Below are positions 21,183 to 34,633 of a DNA stretch of 64,000 bases, in pieces (position 1 is the stretch's first letter; the number at the start of each line of letters is the position of its first letter). Source of the stretch: Anolis carolinensis (lineage: Eukaryota); contig NC_085841.1 in NCBI RefSeq assembly GCF_035594765.1, forward strand, positions 134,835,574 to 134,899,573. Direction: 5' to 3'. The notes under the pieces were generated by a model. That model was not told the origin of the DNA. It saw nothing but the letters and a program-made list of their open reading frames with translations, and ran no database searches. A program made the translations under genes and the position numbers.

Positions 21183-22945
21183 TAGTGCACCAATGTGGCT
21201 GATATACTGTTAATATCCCAAGTCTGTCTTTATGCTTGTGAGGGGTTCTTTGGTCTAACTGTGTTGCTGTGGGTTTAGTCTTCACTGAAAAGAACACACC
21301 AAGACACACATCAGCTAAAGTTACCACACATCTTTATTGTTCGGAATACAAGAACCTAGCAATATGCCCATGTATATAGGGTCTAACATCAATAAATCAC
21401 CCATCAGCCCTGGCATCTTTCCCACATACCAGAGCCCACCTCCTCCCACCTCAGTGCAATTGACTTTTATTGCCGTTTCATATGTTCTTCCAGCATCCTG
21501 CCCTCCCTTTTGGCCGAAGGCCATGTGTTCTATGTCAGGGCTGTTAGTTAGATGTCATGAGTGAATGATCATGACAATGCTGCCCAAACAAGTTTTGCCT
21601 TTAAACCCTTGGAAGAGAGATCCAATGTTGAGGACAGTGGAATCTTAATTGACCTCAGCAAGTCCACCCTCCTCCAGACTTGTAACCTATGCCTCTTTTG
21701 GGGCACAACTCAATAAGGCCCAGATTTTTGCTTGGATATAAGCCCTATTCTGTTGAACTAGCTGTAATAATTTCCTTTTATGCTAAAGATGCACTTCTCT
21801 GAATTTTCTTCCCTTTTCCTATTTCTACTGAACACAGAAGCAATACGTTAGTGCTAGTTAGCTGGGTTAGTAAATTACCATGCCAGAGTCTAATTTAGTT
21901 GAAGATACTTAGGTTTTACGCTGTTGCATCTGAAAGCTGCTACTGGAAGGTGGGGAGGGGCATGCTTTACTGTGTTTGGCATTTAGGCCATAAGCCAGCA
22001 CGTCCATTTACATAGCCACAAAAGGATTATGCAGTAGAGCGTTTTTAAAATTGCATTTCAGAGCATCCGTCTGTGCCTTACTAAAAGCACCTTTGAAGAA
22101 CTCTGTGTGGGCTGCTGATAGGAAAAGAATAAAGAAACCTGCTTGCAAAACAGTCAGACCCACACACTGTCCAGGACCATCTCTCTAATCTTATAGTGTT
22201 GTTGTTTTTTTAAAAAAATCAGTTTCTTGGAACATACTAGAATGTGTGCTTAAAATTATTGCATGGGATATGATTCTTCTTTTTATCTAATGTAAAGGAC
22301 CACTGTATTAATAAAAGGAACAAACTGTGTGCAGGAAGTTGATTCCCAGAAAAGGAACGAAGTTCCTCCAAAATAATGAATTGCAGTTAGCTAGATATGT
22401 GACTATCAATGACACAATTTCTGTTGTTATTCCCCTGAACCTCAAGTGTTATGCTACTGAAAAGATGTTTTAGCAAGGAAAATCACAATAATTACCCATT
22501 TAACTTTTGTTTGTTCATCTTCAGAAAAAGAGGGATGTGCTACCACTTTTGCAATAGATTTTATAAAAGGCCTGATTTCTGCAGTGCTTTCAGAGAAATA
22601 ACCTCTTCAGTACTATGTTTTCTGGGCTTCCATCCAATCTGCTTGTAGTAACTTTTGAATAATACAATAGCCAGTCAGAGTACTTCAGACAGAATTTGAG
22701 AGGCTATTAATGGGTACAGACCACCAGGAACAGTTTCTTCTGGGTTAGTTAACATGGAGGCAGATTAGCTCTGCTGGGCAATTCCATTTATTTAATTTGA
22801 AATTGTGTTGAAGATCTTCCAGTTGGCTAAACTGGTTTAACCCAACAAGGGGGATCAGGAACTCATGGAACATATTTGCAAGAAGTCTGTGTGTGTTTTG
22901 AAGAGTACATAGCTTCCTAGTTTAGAGGAAATATACTCAATTAAA

Positions 22946-23263
22946 GGGGCCGCAGTGGCTCAGCGGGTTAAACTGCTGAGCTGTGGAACTTGCTGGCTGA
23001 AAGGTTGCCTGTTTGAATTCACTAAGCGGGGTGAGCTCCTGTCATTAGCCCCAGTTTCTGCCAACATAGCAGTTCAAAAACATAGATCAATAGGTACCAC
23101 TCCAGTGGGAATGTAACAGCGCTCCATGCAGTCATGCCGGCCACATGACCTAGGAAGTGTCTACAGATAACGCTGGCTCTTCGGCTTAGAAATGGAGATG
23201 AGCACCAGCTCCCAATGCTGGACTTGACTAGACTTAATATCAAGGGGAAACCTTTGCCTTTAC
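22946..23263 (+). mobile_element. Sauria SINE
   Basis: tRNA head, ggctcttcggcttagaaatggagatgagcacc body, cctttgccttta tail, degenerate TSD. Confidence 0.9.
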
Positions 23264-23616
23264 TATTCTTAATTATACAATTGTATCCTACACAGCAACA
23301 AGAGCATAAAGTGACAGCTCCTTTGTGCTTCCACTTCTATCCCATATCACTCCTTTTAAAAACCAAAAAAAAAAAATGAAGCTCCTAAGGGAAGCCCTAA
23401 TATTCATGGTGAAACCCATCAAAAATTTAAATTTTTAAAATCTAAAAAGTAATGTGGCACCTCTTTAATCAAATAGCTACCCAAGGAAAACAAACCATGC
23501 TAATTAGGAGAGTTAATGGCCTAAGTTAATGGTTGTGGCCTAAGAAATGTCTTTGTGAATCTGGACAGTGGAAGAACACTCTCAGTACATTATGAAATAA
23601 ATGTTAATATTTAAAG

Positions 23617-23775
23617 GCACCGGCTTCTGTCTGATCTCGAAAGTAAAACAGGGTTAGTCCTGATTGGATGGAAGTCACCAGCTAATGTTAGGTGCTATAG
23701 GCTGTATTTCAGGGGAAGGACGGAACTGACCAACCACCTCCAAGTATTCCTTTCCTAAGAAAGCCTGGGGTCACA
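23617..23775 (+). mobile_element. Degraded 5S rRNA-derived SINE
   Basis: gtctgatctcgaaagtaaaacagggt...ttggatggaag...ggtgctataggct resembles 5S rRNA and is followed by a non-5S tail. Confidence 0.65.
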
Positions 23776-25717
23776 CATACTTCCAGTCTTAAAAGAGGTG
23801 AAAACAATGTTTCATTCTTAGATAAAAGACAAGGTACAAAGGAACAACATACAAATAAATGGGAAGGTTAATGAGTGTGTGCCAGTTGTGTGGTAGCCAA
23901 TTATGTTCATTGGCAAATGCAACCTTTTTTCACTAGCACCTTGGGCTTTTAAAAATTCTTTCATTGTAAAGATTTTTTTAAAGTGTATACAGCCAAACTG
24001 CACATACAAATAACATTAACTCTGTGAACAAATGACATTAACTCTGTGAATATAATTAAGATGTATGCATGGTTTTTGTCATGCAAATGTTATCTGCAAA
24101 GAAGATTTAGCACTTCTGAGACTGATTGATGGGGTGGAAGGATTCACTCTTTCTCTCATTTCGATGAAGGTCCCAACCAAAACTTCCTCTTTTGAAGCTG
24201 TTATCTGCATTTCATTGAGGAGGATCTCTTGATATGCAAGTAATGCATTTGATAGAATAGTCTGGACTGCAACAGGGAAATAAAGAGTTCTCAACCACCC
24301 ACCGTTAAGGTTTCTACTTGAATTGCTATTTACATATCAGCAATACTCACATAACTGTGGGATGCATTCAATTAATGTCAGATACAATTTAGTCTATAAG
24401 GGATAAGATCTCAGGAACCCTGAGTGGAAGGAAGTTGATGAAGAGATGCTTCCTCCCATTGCACACCCCCATGCTGTTTGCAAATCCTCTTCTGAAGGTT
24501 GGAGGAGCCTATAGAACAAGTTGAATTATAGTCCCAAAGACCTGAGCAGAGGAAACACTGAGTATTTGACAGGTGGGTGTTAAAGAAGCAGAAGCCATGC
24601 ACTTTATCATTGGTTCTGCTTCCTCTGCTTCACCCCCATTTCAAAGGCTTCTCAGTTATATGATTAAGCCTCATTCAGTCATGCTATTTTGTCTTTTTCT
24701 CATCATGTGGACACTTGTTTATCACAATCACTCCACTATCAATTGTTTCATATTCTCTGTCCATGCTGTTGAGTGTGGGAATGTTTGCATGATGAGCTGG
24801 AACTTTCAATTTCTGGAACCTTATTCCCCCACTCCAATTTTCTTGTACAGCTTCTGTGTATCCTCCCGCCCCATCACTTTCATCTTCCCACTGCTGGATT
24901 GCTTACTGCATTTTTCAAAGCAGGAGTCACTGCTTCTTTGAAGAGAATTAGCAGGGTTTTGAAAAAAATCTATTTAAGATGTAACATTTTAGTTCATTAT
25001 TTTCCTATCCATTTTCCCCATCTACAGATTGGCCTAGGTCATACATGCTAAAATCCCTCCTATAGCTTGATCCCATGGCCATATGTTCCTGGTGCAAATA
25101 TTGCATTAGCTAGACCACTTTGGCTTTTGTCCATGCATAAAAAAACGTGCTGCCTTATCTGGGTGCATTTCCTCTAGAAGTCTTTGTACTTTTGATAAAT
25201 CTCCCTTAGAAAGCTGATAATGGGTACCTGTATAGGGAATGAGATTATAAAATGCATGAACTGGGATTGTATTAGTGTTATATGGAAACTAATGCCTGTC
25301 AGAACTCCTTTATTGATAACATGACAGATAGTTTAACTGTAGTTTGGTGAGGCAACAGCACTATTTGGAAAAGACAGCTAAAGACATTATAAAATGATAA
25401 CTCCCATGTTTCCATAGCATTTTCATTGTAGTTAAAGTGGTGTCAAACTGCATTAATTCTACAGTGTAGATGTACCCTTGGTCAACAACATGGCAAACAG
25501 TCAAAACAGTCTCAATCAATGGCAGTACCACTCTTGAACCCACTCATTATGTCCACTTTGGGGAAAGATTCAGGAATTCCCTGGCTAGTGTTTGATAGCC
25601 CTAGTGACTTTCCTTCTTCTGACTGAAGAGAGCACCAGATTAGGTCAGCAAAAACTTGTGATGTTGCAAAAGAAGGAAGGAGTCGTGCATTATTGCAGTG
25701 TACCTGGATTAAATTTA

Positions 25718-26050
25718 GGAGCCTCTGGTGGCTCAGTGTGTTAAAGCGCTGAGCTGCTGAACTTGCAGACTGAAAGGTCCCAGGTTCAAACCCGGGGAGC
25801 GGAGTGAGCGCCCGCTGTTAGCTTCAGCTTCTGCCAACTTAGTAGTTCAAAAACATGCCAGTGTGAATAGATCAATAAGTACCGCTCTGGCAGGAAGGCA
25901 ACGGCGTTCCATGCAGTCATGCCGGCCACATGACCTTGGAGGTGTCTACGGACAAAGCCGGCTCTTCGGCTTAGAAATGGAGATGAGCACCAACCCCCAG
26001 AGTCAGATACGACTGGATTTAATGTCAGGGGAAACCTTTACCTTTACCTT
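25718..26050 (+). mobile_element. Sauria SINE
   Basis: Full length, with ~15-bp TSD acctg(g)attaaattta and (ACCTTT)n tail. Confidence 0.93.
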
Positions 26051-26109
26051 ACCTGATTAAATTTAACTTTTTTTCCTGTGGTCTTTTCTTGTAAGTAGTT
26101 TCTCAAAGT

Positions 26110-26742
26110 TTCAGAGTGATACAGTATTTGCATTGGATATGGGATCTATATGGCCCAAAGACCATACAGGTCCATGGACTGGTGGCACTACATCTGCCCT
26201 AGACCAAAGACATTCAAAAGCCAGCATTCAGCAAAGAAATGTATGATGAATGCCCTCTGGAGTGACAAGGGGATGATTTTTCTTGATTTCCTTGAGTGTG
26301 GGACAGCAATGAACAACAACCTCTACATTGCATCACTGCAGAAACTTCAGTTTCAGAAAGACATCAGAAACAGTAAATGCAACCCAGTTATGCCAAAATA
26401 AACACACAACCCCACACTTCTTCAGCAACATCACATCACGGGTTCTTGGACTAATGAGGCGGTCAAACCCTGATCTGCCACCTACATACTTTGTTTAGTA
26501 CAAACTAGTATGTAGTTTGTTTAGACGAAGAAAAGCCTTTGGCAACAACACATCAATGATGTAAGCAAAGTCAAAGGTGCTATGAAGCAGTGGATCAGGC
26601 AGGGACTCTCTGAAAGAAATTTTGAAAGTGAAGTTGATGAGTGGGTTCAAAAGTGACACAAGTGCATTGCTACTCATATATGCTTCATTTTGTTAATAAA
26701 GGAGTTGTGATTTGAGAAGTATTACTTTCAATACAACCCTTT
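26110..26742 (+). pseudogene. Degraded mariner transposase catalytic region with probable 3' TIR
   Basis: SMDWWH..PRPKTFKSQHSAKKCMMNALWSDKGMIFLDFLECG and a PDLPPTYF relic (YSPDLAP-like). Confidence 0.75.
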
Positions 26743-27299
26743 TATCTGATTCATCAATATAAACTATGTTCAAGAAATCATAGCATCTTTGAATATCTTT
26801 AGGCATGATTCCATGCAGAATTAAATGATTAAGTTCTCTTTTTCCTATAGGTTAAATACAATTGTTAGTTCAAATTGTTAATAGACCCATTGAATCAATA
26901 CTTTTTTCATGTTTGTGGCCATGATTTGCAGATGCCAAACTAGCATGTCAGCATTGGCCTGTTCACAGCCATACTAGTTCTGAATATGGAGGAAAGTTCT
27001 GTTTTGTTTGTTTACAGGAAGGAACATTCAGCTATGAGGTCCTCCACCTGCAGTCTGAAGTGGTACAGTCCAGCAACAGATAAACATCACTACTGATCAT
27101 GTGCTTTTCATCTGAGAGTGGCCAACACTAGACACCATTTATTTAATATGATAACGTTTTTGTGGAGCATGATTTGTGAACGTTTCAGGCAAAAGAATCC
27201 TTATTAAAATAGTCAGAGGTTACACTCCTGTTGTAAAGAACTAGACTGCCTTCACCACATTCATTAGAACTAGCATTAATTTCATGTAACTCCCTAGTT

Positions 27300-27434
27300 C
27301 AGTGGCTCTCAACCTTTGGTCCCCAGATGTTTTTGGCCTTCAACTCCCAGAAATCCTAACAGCTGGTAAACTGGCTGGGATTTCTGGAAGTTGTAGACCA
27401 AAAACATCTGGGGACCCCAGGTTGAGAACCACTG
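27300..27434. mobile_element. Palindromic hAT MITE
   Basis: TIR cagtggctctcaacct / aggttgagaaccactg; internal hairpin; TSD match 6/8. Confidence 0.85.
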
Positions 27435-27759
27435 GCCTATTTGGTTGCATTACATGTTCAGCTGTCATATAATTCATCCTGTTTGTAAAAATGGAAAGAA
27501 TATCTTTAAAAAATTCCAGAAAATGATTGAAAAACATGTTTACTGAGAATTTGGAACAAGGAAAAGCCCGATCTGATAATAATCTTTACAGAAAATATTT
27601 CCTGCAAATGTGCAGAATAATTTATAGTTACAACATTTCCACATAAGTATCATTTTCTACACAGAAAATGCTGTTTCCTGAGTAGAAAAGAATGTTTTCT
27701 GCACACACAAAAAGCCCACATACAAATAACAAGTTATTTTTTTCTCTAACCTTATTCAG

Positions 27760-28540
27760 AAATAGGAAAAACATAGCAAAAAAAGCCATAATAAAATATA
27801 ATGAACATCGCTATCTAGTGAATAGCTGTCTAACTAGCCACTACCACATAAAACTACATCAAGCAAACACACTAACCTAACACTTATCTGCATTAACATG
27901 TACATACTATATACACATAATTACAGAAACTATTCTACAAACTTCACACTTTTGTCTGTTGATTTTTACCCCTTATTATTCTACGCCTTTTAGATAGTAT
28001 TATATAACTACACTTCTACTTTATTAACATTCACCTAATTCACAGTTGAGTTTTGCCCCCATCATTTTTGTAAAAACTTAATTAACGAACTCAGCCCTCC
28101 ATGTAGTTTGTTGGAGATTTTTTCCTTAATCAACATTGTCAGTTTGTTCATCTCAGCTAGTTCACAGATCTTCGGTCAGCCATTCTTCTTGCATTGGAAC
28201 AACTGGCTCCTTTCATCTGTGTGCTTGGACTGCAGTACTGATATTGTAACAGTTTCCCATATTTTTTCTAGATGATCATTCAGTAATCCCAACAAATAAA
28301 AGTCTAGTTTCATCATCATTTTGATCTCAGCAATTTCTTCCAGCATCATATGTATTAGAGTCTAGTATTTTCTAGTATTTGCAAGACCACCACACCTGGT
28401 AAAATATTCCAACAGTTTCCTCACATTTCCAGCATTTACTAGAACTTCCTTTATATATTTAAGGAAGTATCTCTGGTGTCAAGTTCCACCCATACATCAT
28501 CTTACAATTTTCTTTCTTTGAGACCATTACTCAAAGTAAA
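27760..28540 (-). mobile_element. L1 LINE 3' fragment (ORF2 C-terminal zinc knuckle and 3' UTR)
   Basis: Minus strand reads KCWKCEETVGIFYQVWWSCK...IHMMLEEI...FYLLG. Confidence 0.8.
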
Positions 28541-28886
28541 GTTCAAGCTACCTGTCCACACCCGCTCCCGTTGGTCCAGCTGAATTTATAGACCTCTATT
28601 TTGATCCATTTAACCATACAGGAAACGTAGACATTTTGTTTTTCATGTAGAAAATCCTGTTTTCTATGCATAAAATCTTTTCTGTGCAAATCACCAACAC
28701 ATGAATTTTTTGCAGAGTAAGTCCATAAGGCCAACATTTTCTGTGCAAGAAATATTATTATTTAGAAATATTATTTTCTTTGCATAAAATGCTGCTCTAT
28801 ATACAGAAAATGTTTATTCCTGAAAATTCATCCATGTGAGCATTTTATGTGAAGCAAATCCCAAAATCCTCACTGAGATAAACTAA

Positions 28887-29472
28887 GGGCTGTTCTACAC
28901 AGGCACAAAATGTGGTTCAGAACTAGCAATAAACATGTTGGTTTGGGGCTGTGTTGTGGCCAGACCGGGATGGTAACATCCACTTCCACAGTATGACACT
29001 GGACCCACAATTCAGTATGGCTGGGAATGGGCCCAATTTCCACTCCCCTGTATGCTTATTTTCCCTGAAACAGAGTACAAATGGAATGTACCTTATTTTT
29101 TGGCTGTCTATGTCCTGGTCCCTCATTTTTTCATTTTTTTCTGGGAAAATGGCTTTGGAAAAAAATTGGGAAAAGTGTTTCTTCCAATATTTCCGGATTA
29201 TTTCCAGGCCTTCCCATCTCTAGCCGTAATACAGGGGAAAGGCTAAATCCGCTCTGGGTCACCCTGAGGGAGAAGAGCAGTATATAAAATAAATAAATTA
29301 AAAAATCCTGTTGCAACATTCAGATTTCCCCCCAGTGTTTTCCTTAACTTGGAGTGCTACTATATGAAGTGGCTTCCCCCAAGTTAAATTGCCTCAGTCT
29401 GCATGCATTGTGTAGACACCCGGAGGTGGATGTAATCCTACATCATCTTAAATGACCTTTGTAGAACTGCCC
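28887..29472. mobile_element. PIF/Harbinger-type MITE
   Basis: TIR gggctgttctacaca / tttgtagaactgccc flanked by TAA on both sides. Confidence 0.8.
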
Positions 29473-30538
29473 TAAGACCATAAAGATGCTTCCCTAGAAT
29501 AAATATACCAAAAATGAAATAGTTCTCACCGGGAACACCTCAAGTCTTTTTCAACATTACCAATGAGAACAATAGCACATTTTTCTTAAATATGCTACGT
29601 TGATGCAAACCACAGCCTGGAATAGTTTCTTTGTACATTACATCTCCTAGAATCCCTCCGCTATTGTCCATGCTGGCTCGAGGATTTTGGCAGTTATAAA
29701 ATAAGAAAGTAACCTTTCCCAAATTTGGTTCAGACATAATGCTAAACCACTCCTTAGTATTTGATATTAACACCTTGAACTATCATACTCCCTTCTTCTT
29801 GGCATCTGCTAGTAGAGAGCATCAGAAGCATTAACTTCAACATTTAATCCAGAATCCCATATATCTGAACCCAAGACAATTCTGGTTTAAATCAAATTAT
29901 ACTTTATGAACAAGCCAATATTATAGATTGGTTTGAACCTAACCTAATTTAACTAATCATGGTTTGAATGTATTGTAAAACCTTTGCTGTTGAATGTAGC
30001 AAGAACCCTGGTTAAAAAGTGAAAGCTTCCATTAAACTCCCCTAGTGTATGCCAAAAGGAAATACATGCGATAGAGCAATTACCATGGCCAATGGCTCAG
30101 GTATTTTATACTGAGTATTTGTTAGGAATATGTCCAAACCTGGATGCAACCTTCTGGATTGCTTTTCTGCTTCCTTCAGAATGTTAAAAATTCAGATTAA
30201 TGCAATGTTTATATTCAATGTGTTAAAAACTATTAGTCATTTTCCAAAACACTAAGCATTAAGTATTATTATTACTTTCGCAGATTTTGTTGTATTCTAT
30301 GGAATCCAATTTTTCAAATAAAAATGGAGTTTGGGGGCCTCCTCTTTGAAAAGGTAACATTTCTTCTGTAGTTACATGTTCAGTAGCATTAAATGAAATG
30401 AGCTTTGTTTTTCCACTTTGCATCCCTTTTTATCTTAGCCTGTACAATCTACAGTTAGAATTCACAAATGTTACATTAGATGTCTTGCAGAGTGTTTTGA
30501 TTTTGTGGATGAACTTAAAGATGTTATCTATATATTCA

Positions 30539-30861
30539 CCATATTTCATCGCATAATAGTCACACTTCCCACCCTTTTTATTAAAGAAGGTGTGGCTATT
30601 ACGTGGTGGAGACTATTACATGGTAAAAAAATTTTTGCAGCTAAGGCTTTCCTTTGATTTCCAGCTGAAGGAAACCTCATAGTGAGGCTTCACTCACACA
30701 TGCACCTACTCTTTGAAGCTACAGGGGTAGCTCCAAGGAGCAGGCATGAGGGTGGGCGGGTGCGACTATTATGCAAGAAACATCATAAGTACCAATTTTG
30801 GTACCCCCCAAAAAGGGATACAACCTTTATGCAGTGGCGACTATTACATGATGAAATACAG
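30539..30861. mobile_element. pogo/Tigger-like MITE
   Basis: TIR ccatatttcatcgcataatagtc / gactattacatgatgaaatacag; repeated gactatta subterminal motifs. Confidence 0.7.
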
Positions 30862-32895
30862 CACATCCATGCATCTAGCTTGTGTAAGTGGAATTTGCCA
30901 CTCTCCTGCCATAAAAGTTCCTGCAGCCCCTTGAAAATGTTATACAGTGAGTATGTAGACAGTGGGCTCTGGTGCAGGGAACTAATGGGGAAGAGAAAAG
31001 TCCCCAAATTGTGCGGATGCACCTTCCAAGAGCAGAGCTCCACTCATAGAAGATAGCTCTGCCTGAGGTTCAGGAATCTTCCTCTCCTGTCAGCACTACA
31101 GCATAACCCATACAATGAGTTTCTTGATTGACCACCATCTGCAGGGAGGAAGAATTACTTATTTGCACTAGTGACAAGGGAAAGGCAAGAAGGCAAGGGT
31201 GTGTGGGCAATATTATAATTACAGTCTTGTCCAGTCCATAATGGGTATCACTGGAAAGAATGGGAAGCAACCAAATGAACCTGTCAACCATAACATTTGC
31301 ATGATTTCACATTCATTATACTGTTTTCAATAGCATTTGGCTGATCTGTTTCTATGAGGATTGTGAATCTAGTTTCAATCTACTTTTGGTCTCTCCCTGT
31401 AATGCTTAATAGTGTATCACACTATTTGGAATACTGAACAGTAACTCGGAAAAGCTGTTACAAACCATGGCATTTTTGGGGGGAATGTTGACCCAAAATG
31501 AAGGCTCAAGGAACTGCTATTGCCAATTTTTCCCTTTCTTTCTTCTTAAACCATTCATTAATTTCCTTCTAAAACCACAACTCATTTCTGAGATCAGCTC
31601 ACGGCATTTAATATCTGCCATATTCCACAGAAGTTACATTTCAGATATGAATGCAGTACTACTTTTACCATCCCATACCACTGGCCAAAATGATTGGAAT
31701 TGATGGAAATTGAGATAACACAATATCTGGTGGGCTATCAGTTCTCCAGCCCTGGTCATTCAAGAAGATCTGTACTGAATCCCACTGAAAGTGTTCAACT
31801 TGGAGAGTAAGCTGTGAGGCATTTGGTGAGAAACTAATAGGAGATAAATACCAAGGGAGTGAGTTTCACGAAAGCCCAGTTTTATTCTGTCATGTAGATT
31901 TCCTTTTGTTACAATTGTGAATGAGGGTCCTAATATTGTTAAGGACTTCTATTAGTATGCTGCATTTGAAGTAGCATAGACAAATGACTTGCCAGGTTAT
32001 ATTGGCACCCAATAATAACCTGTAATCAAGATTAGAGTCATTTTGAAAATGTATAATGCATAAGTATGTAGTAAGAATGGTTTATTCATGGCACAATTCA
32101 TTTTTGTAATGGATGTTTTCCATTCAGCAGCAAAGAAGTTGATGTTAGGATTCAGTTTGTAATACCAGTTGTTCTGAATGTCCTTGAAATTTCTATTTCT
32201 TTCTGCAATATTTCATGTTGTGCTGGATTCCTGGATAGGCTAGATACTTTTAAAAAAAAATATCATAATTTTTACTTACATTGACATTATTTCTATATTG
32301 TAAGTTGACTTATATCAGGGTTTTAAAACCATGGCTTCACTAATTAAAGCTCATTTGAAAGAGGGATATCATTGCATTTCTCAGAACTCTATTGATATTA
32401 TGATCCTGTCCCACTACCTTATTGATTTCCAAAATATACTTTTTGTGTTCTTGAATGGAAATGTATGCCTCTTTTGGTATATCTTTTCTTTAAATACAGA
32501 TTTGTGTATATATTTTTCTAGCGGTGTATATTTTCACACATATTTCCATTGATTGAATTGTGAACAGGGTGAATGAAAAAAATCTTCTCTGTACACATAG
32601 GTAATCACCCAAACATATTACATATATAGAAAAGAAGATTATGCTTTACCTCAGGGACAGAGTTCATGGGATCTACCAGTTTTTGCTGGAGTGTAACTCC
32701 CATAAGTCTTAAAATGCACTAACAAAAAAGAAGGATGATGGGAGTTGCAGTCCAATGACATTTGGTGGGCCATTTTTATGTAACTAACTATAGTGCAAGT
32801 ATGAAAAATATGGCCCATGAGCAACGTTCAGCCTCCAATGGTCCAGATTCCTTTGATTGTACAGTGATTTTAGTGGGAAAAGTCAGACATTTTTT

Positions 32896-32985
32896 GGGGT
32901 TGTTGTATGTCTTTCGGGTTGTGTGGCCATGTTCCAGAAGTATTCTCTCCTGATGTTTCACCCACATCTATGGCAGGCATCCTCA
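32896..32985 (-). mobile_element. Penelope terminal fragment with truncated hammerhead-like motif
   Basis: Minus strand TGAGGATGCCTGCCATAGATGTGGGTGAAACATCAGGAGAGAATACTTCTGGAACATGGCC. Confidence 0.65.
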
Positions 32986-33819
32986 TTATTATTTTTTTAA
33001 AGAAAGGGTTCCCTAATGCAAAGTAATAAGCAGCTGGCCTCTAACATCAGGCAAGACCACTATCTGTAAGGCATGGAGATACTGAAGTTGGAGAAGCAGT
33101 AAGAAAGATAGACAGTGGGAAGAAGGCAGTCAATATTAATGGTGTACCTGCAGCTGTGACTAATCCTCTAGATGTGATATAAATTATTTCAATTCAGCAA
33201 ACCAGAAGCAAAACTACACTAGGCATGAAAAGTTGAAAGTTGGTAGTTTTGTTACAATTGATTTCTTGATGTGTTGCTTTTAAATTGTTGATTTATTTTG
33301 TCACCGACTGTCTTGCGTTCTCCACAAGAAAATAAAAGTCTGCATGTTTTAAACAAAGAAGAGAAATGAAAAAGAATAGACTAATAACAGAAGTAAAATA
33401 AATGGAATTTGGTTATGTAGAATAATCCATTTTTTCCCTGGTGGAAGTCTTGTGTGTAAATCAACTGCCAGAGTGTAGGAGCTGATGCGTAATTCAGAGC
33501 TATGGGAAAGTGGTCGCTTGTGGGAGGTAGTATAAAATAGAGTCAGGGATTTCCTATGCATCCAATCCTTCTTTAAAATGAAAATAAAAAATCACAGAAT
33601 ATGTATAGGCCTGGGAATACAATCACAGCAACAAGCTCTTTCTTCCTACATGAACATTCTCCAGCCGACACCTGATTCCTTACCCATGAGTTACTTATCT
33701 GTAAAGATAGTATAAGTGGGACCATGTATCAGCCATGCTCCCAGAGTGCCAGCATTCCTTCTAGCCCTATGACCATTGTTTTGTTGAGTATATTATTTTG
33801 ATTATACTTGCTTGTAAAT

Positions 33820-33942
33820 CAGTGGTTCTCACCTGGGGTCCCCAGATGTTTTTGATCTTCAACTCCCAGAAATCCAAACAGCTGGTAAACTGTGGGAGTT
33901 GTAGGCCAAAAATATCTGGGGACCTCAGGTTGAAAACCACTG
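33820..33942. mobile_element. Palindromic hAT MITE (same family as 27300)
   Basis: cagtggttctca...tgaaaaccactg termini and the same internal sequence. Confidence 0.82.
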
Positions 33943-34633
33943 TTATAAAAGACATGGGATTTTCTGCAAGTACAGAAAATTTCTGCATTTCAGATATTGT
34001 GAAGAAGAGTTTAGCCTTTCTCTTCTATTAAAATCCAGAATCCCCAATCTGTAAAGCTGTGCATGTTAGGGATTCTAGAGCTGTAGTCCAAAGTGATGTT
34101 TCCAAAGTTTGTGCAGAAGTCAATGGTAATGACAGTGAAAGGAGTGATATCACAACATGTGTCCCCTGCTCCTCTGTAGACCATAGTCTCCCTCCTCACA
34201 TGGATAATACATTACTGCAGTAAATTACAAACAGTATTTAAAATGTAGTACTACAAGGAAAGAGTTAATATCCTTCTTTCCATCTTTCCTTTTTTAATGT
34301 CCAGAGAATTCTCTTTGTGCCTCCTTCCAGGTTTCCTGTCCTGTGACCTCTCCTTCCAAATGGCATATGGGAAGAACTGGATCATCCCTCCTTGTTTTTG
34401 ATACCTCTCTTAAAAATAAAACAAGCAGCAAGTTTCAACACACAATGCTCTGTAATAGATCTCATGCAGACAGAGAGAATCTGATGTAAAGCTTGGAAAG
34501 TTACTTTTTCTGGTCTCATGCTCTTCAAATCCCCTAGGCAGCATGGCCAGTTCAATAAGCTGGAGTCCCCAAAACTCCATTTCCAAACTAATTCAATTGA
34601 GTAAATTATTTCTGATATATATATATATATATA

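Noticed and set aside
21260-21710. Possible additional minus-strand solo LTR
   Set aside because: AATAAA and TG/CA-like ends are present, but boundaries and TSD could not be established.
24008-24052. 22-bp tandem duplication (similar short duplications near 11692 and 21020)
   Set aside because: Ordinary slippage duplications with no sign of function.
25718-25800. tRNA gene-like A/B boxes (also at 16491, 22946, 35020)
   Set aside because: These are SINE heads continuing into SINE bodies, not cloverleaf tRNA genes.
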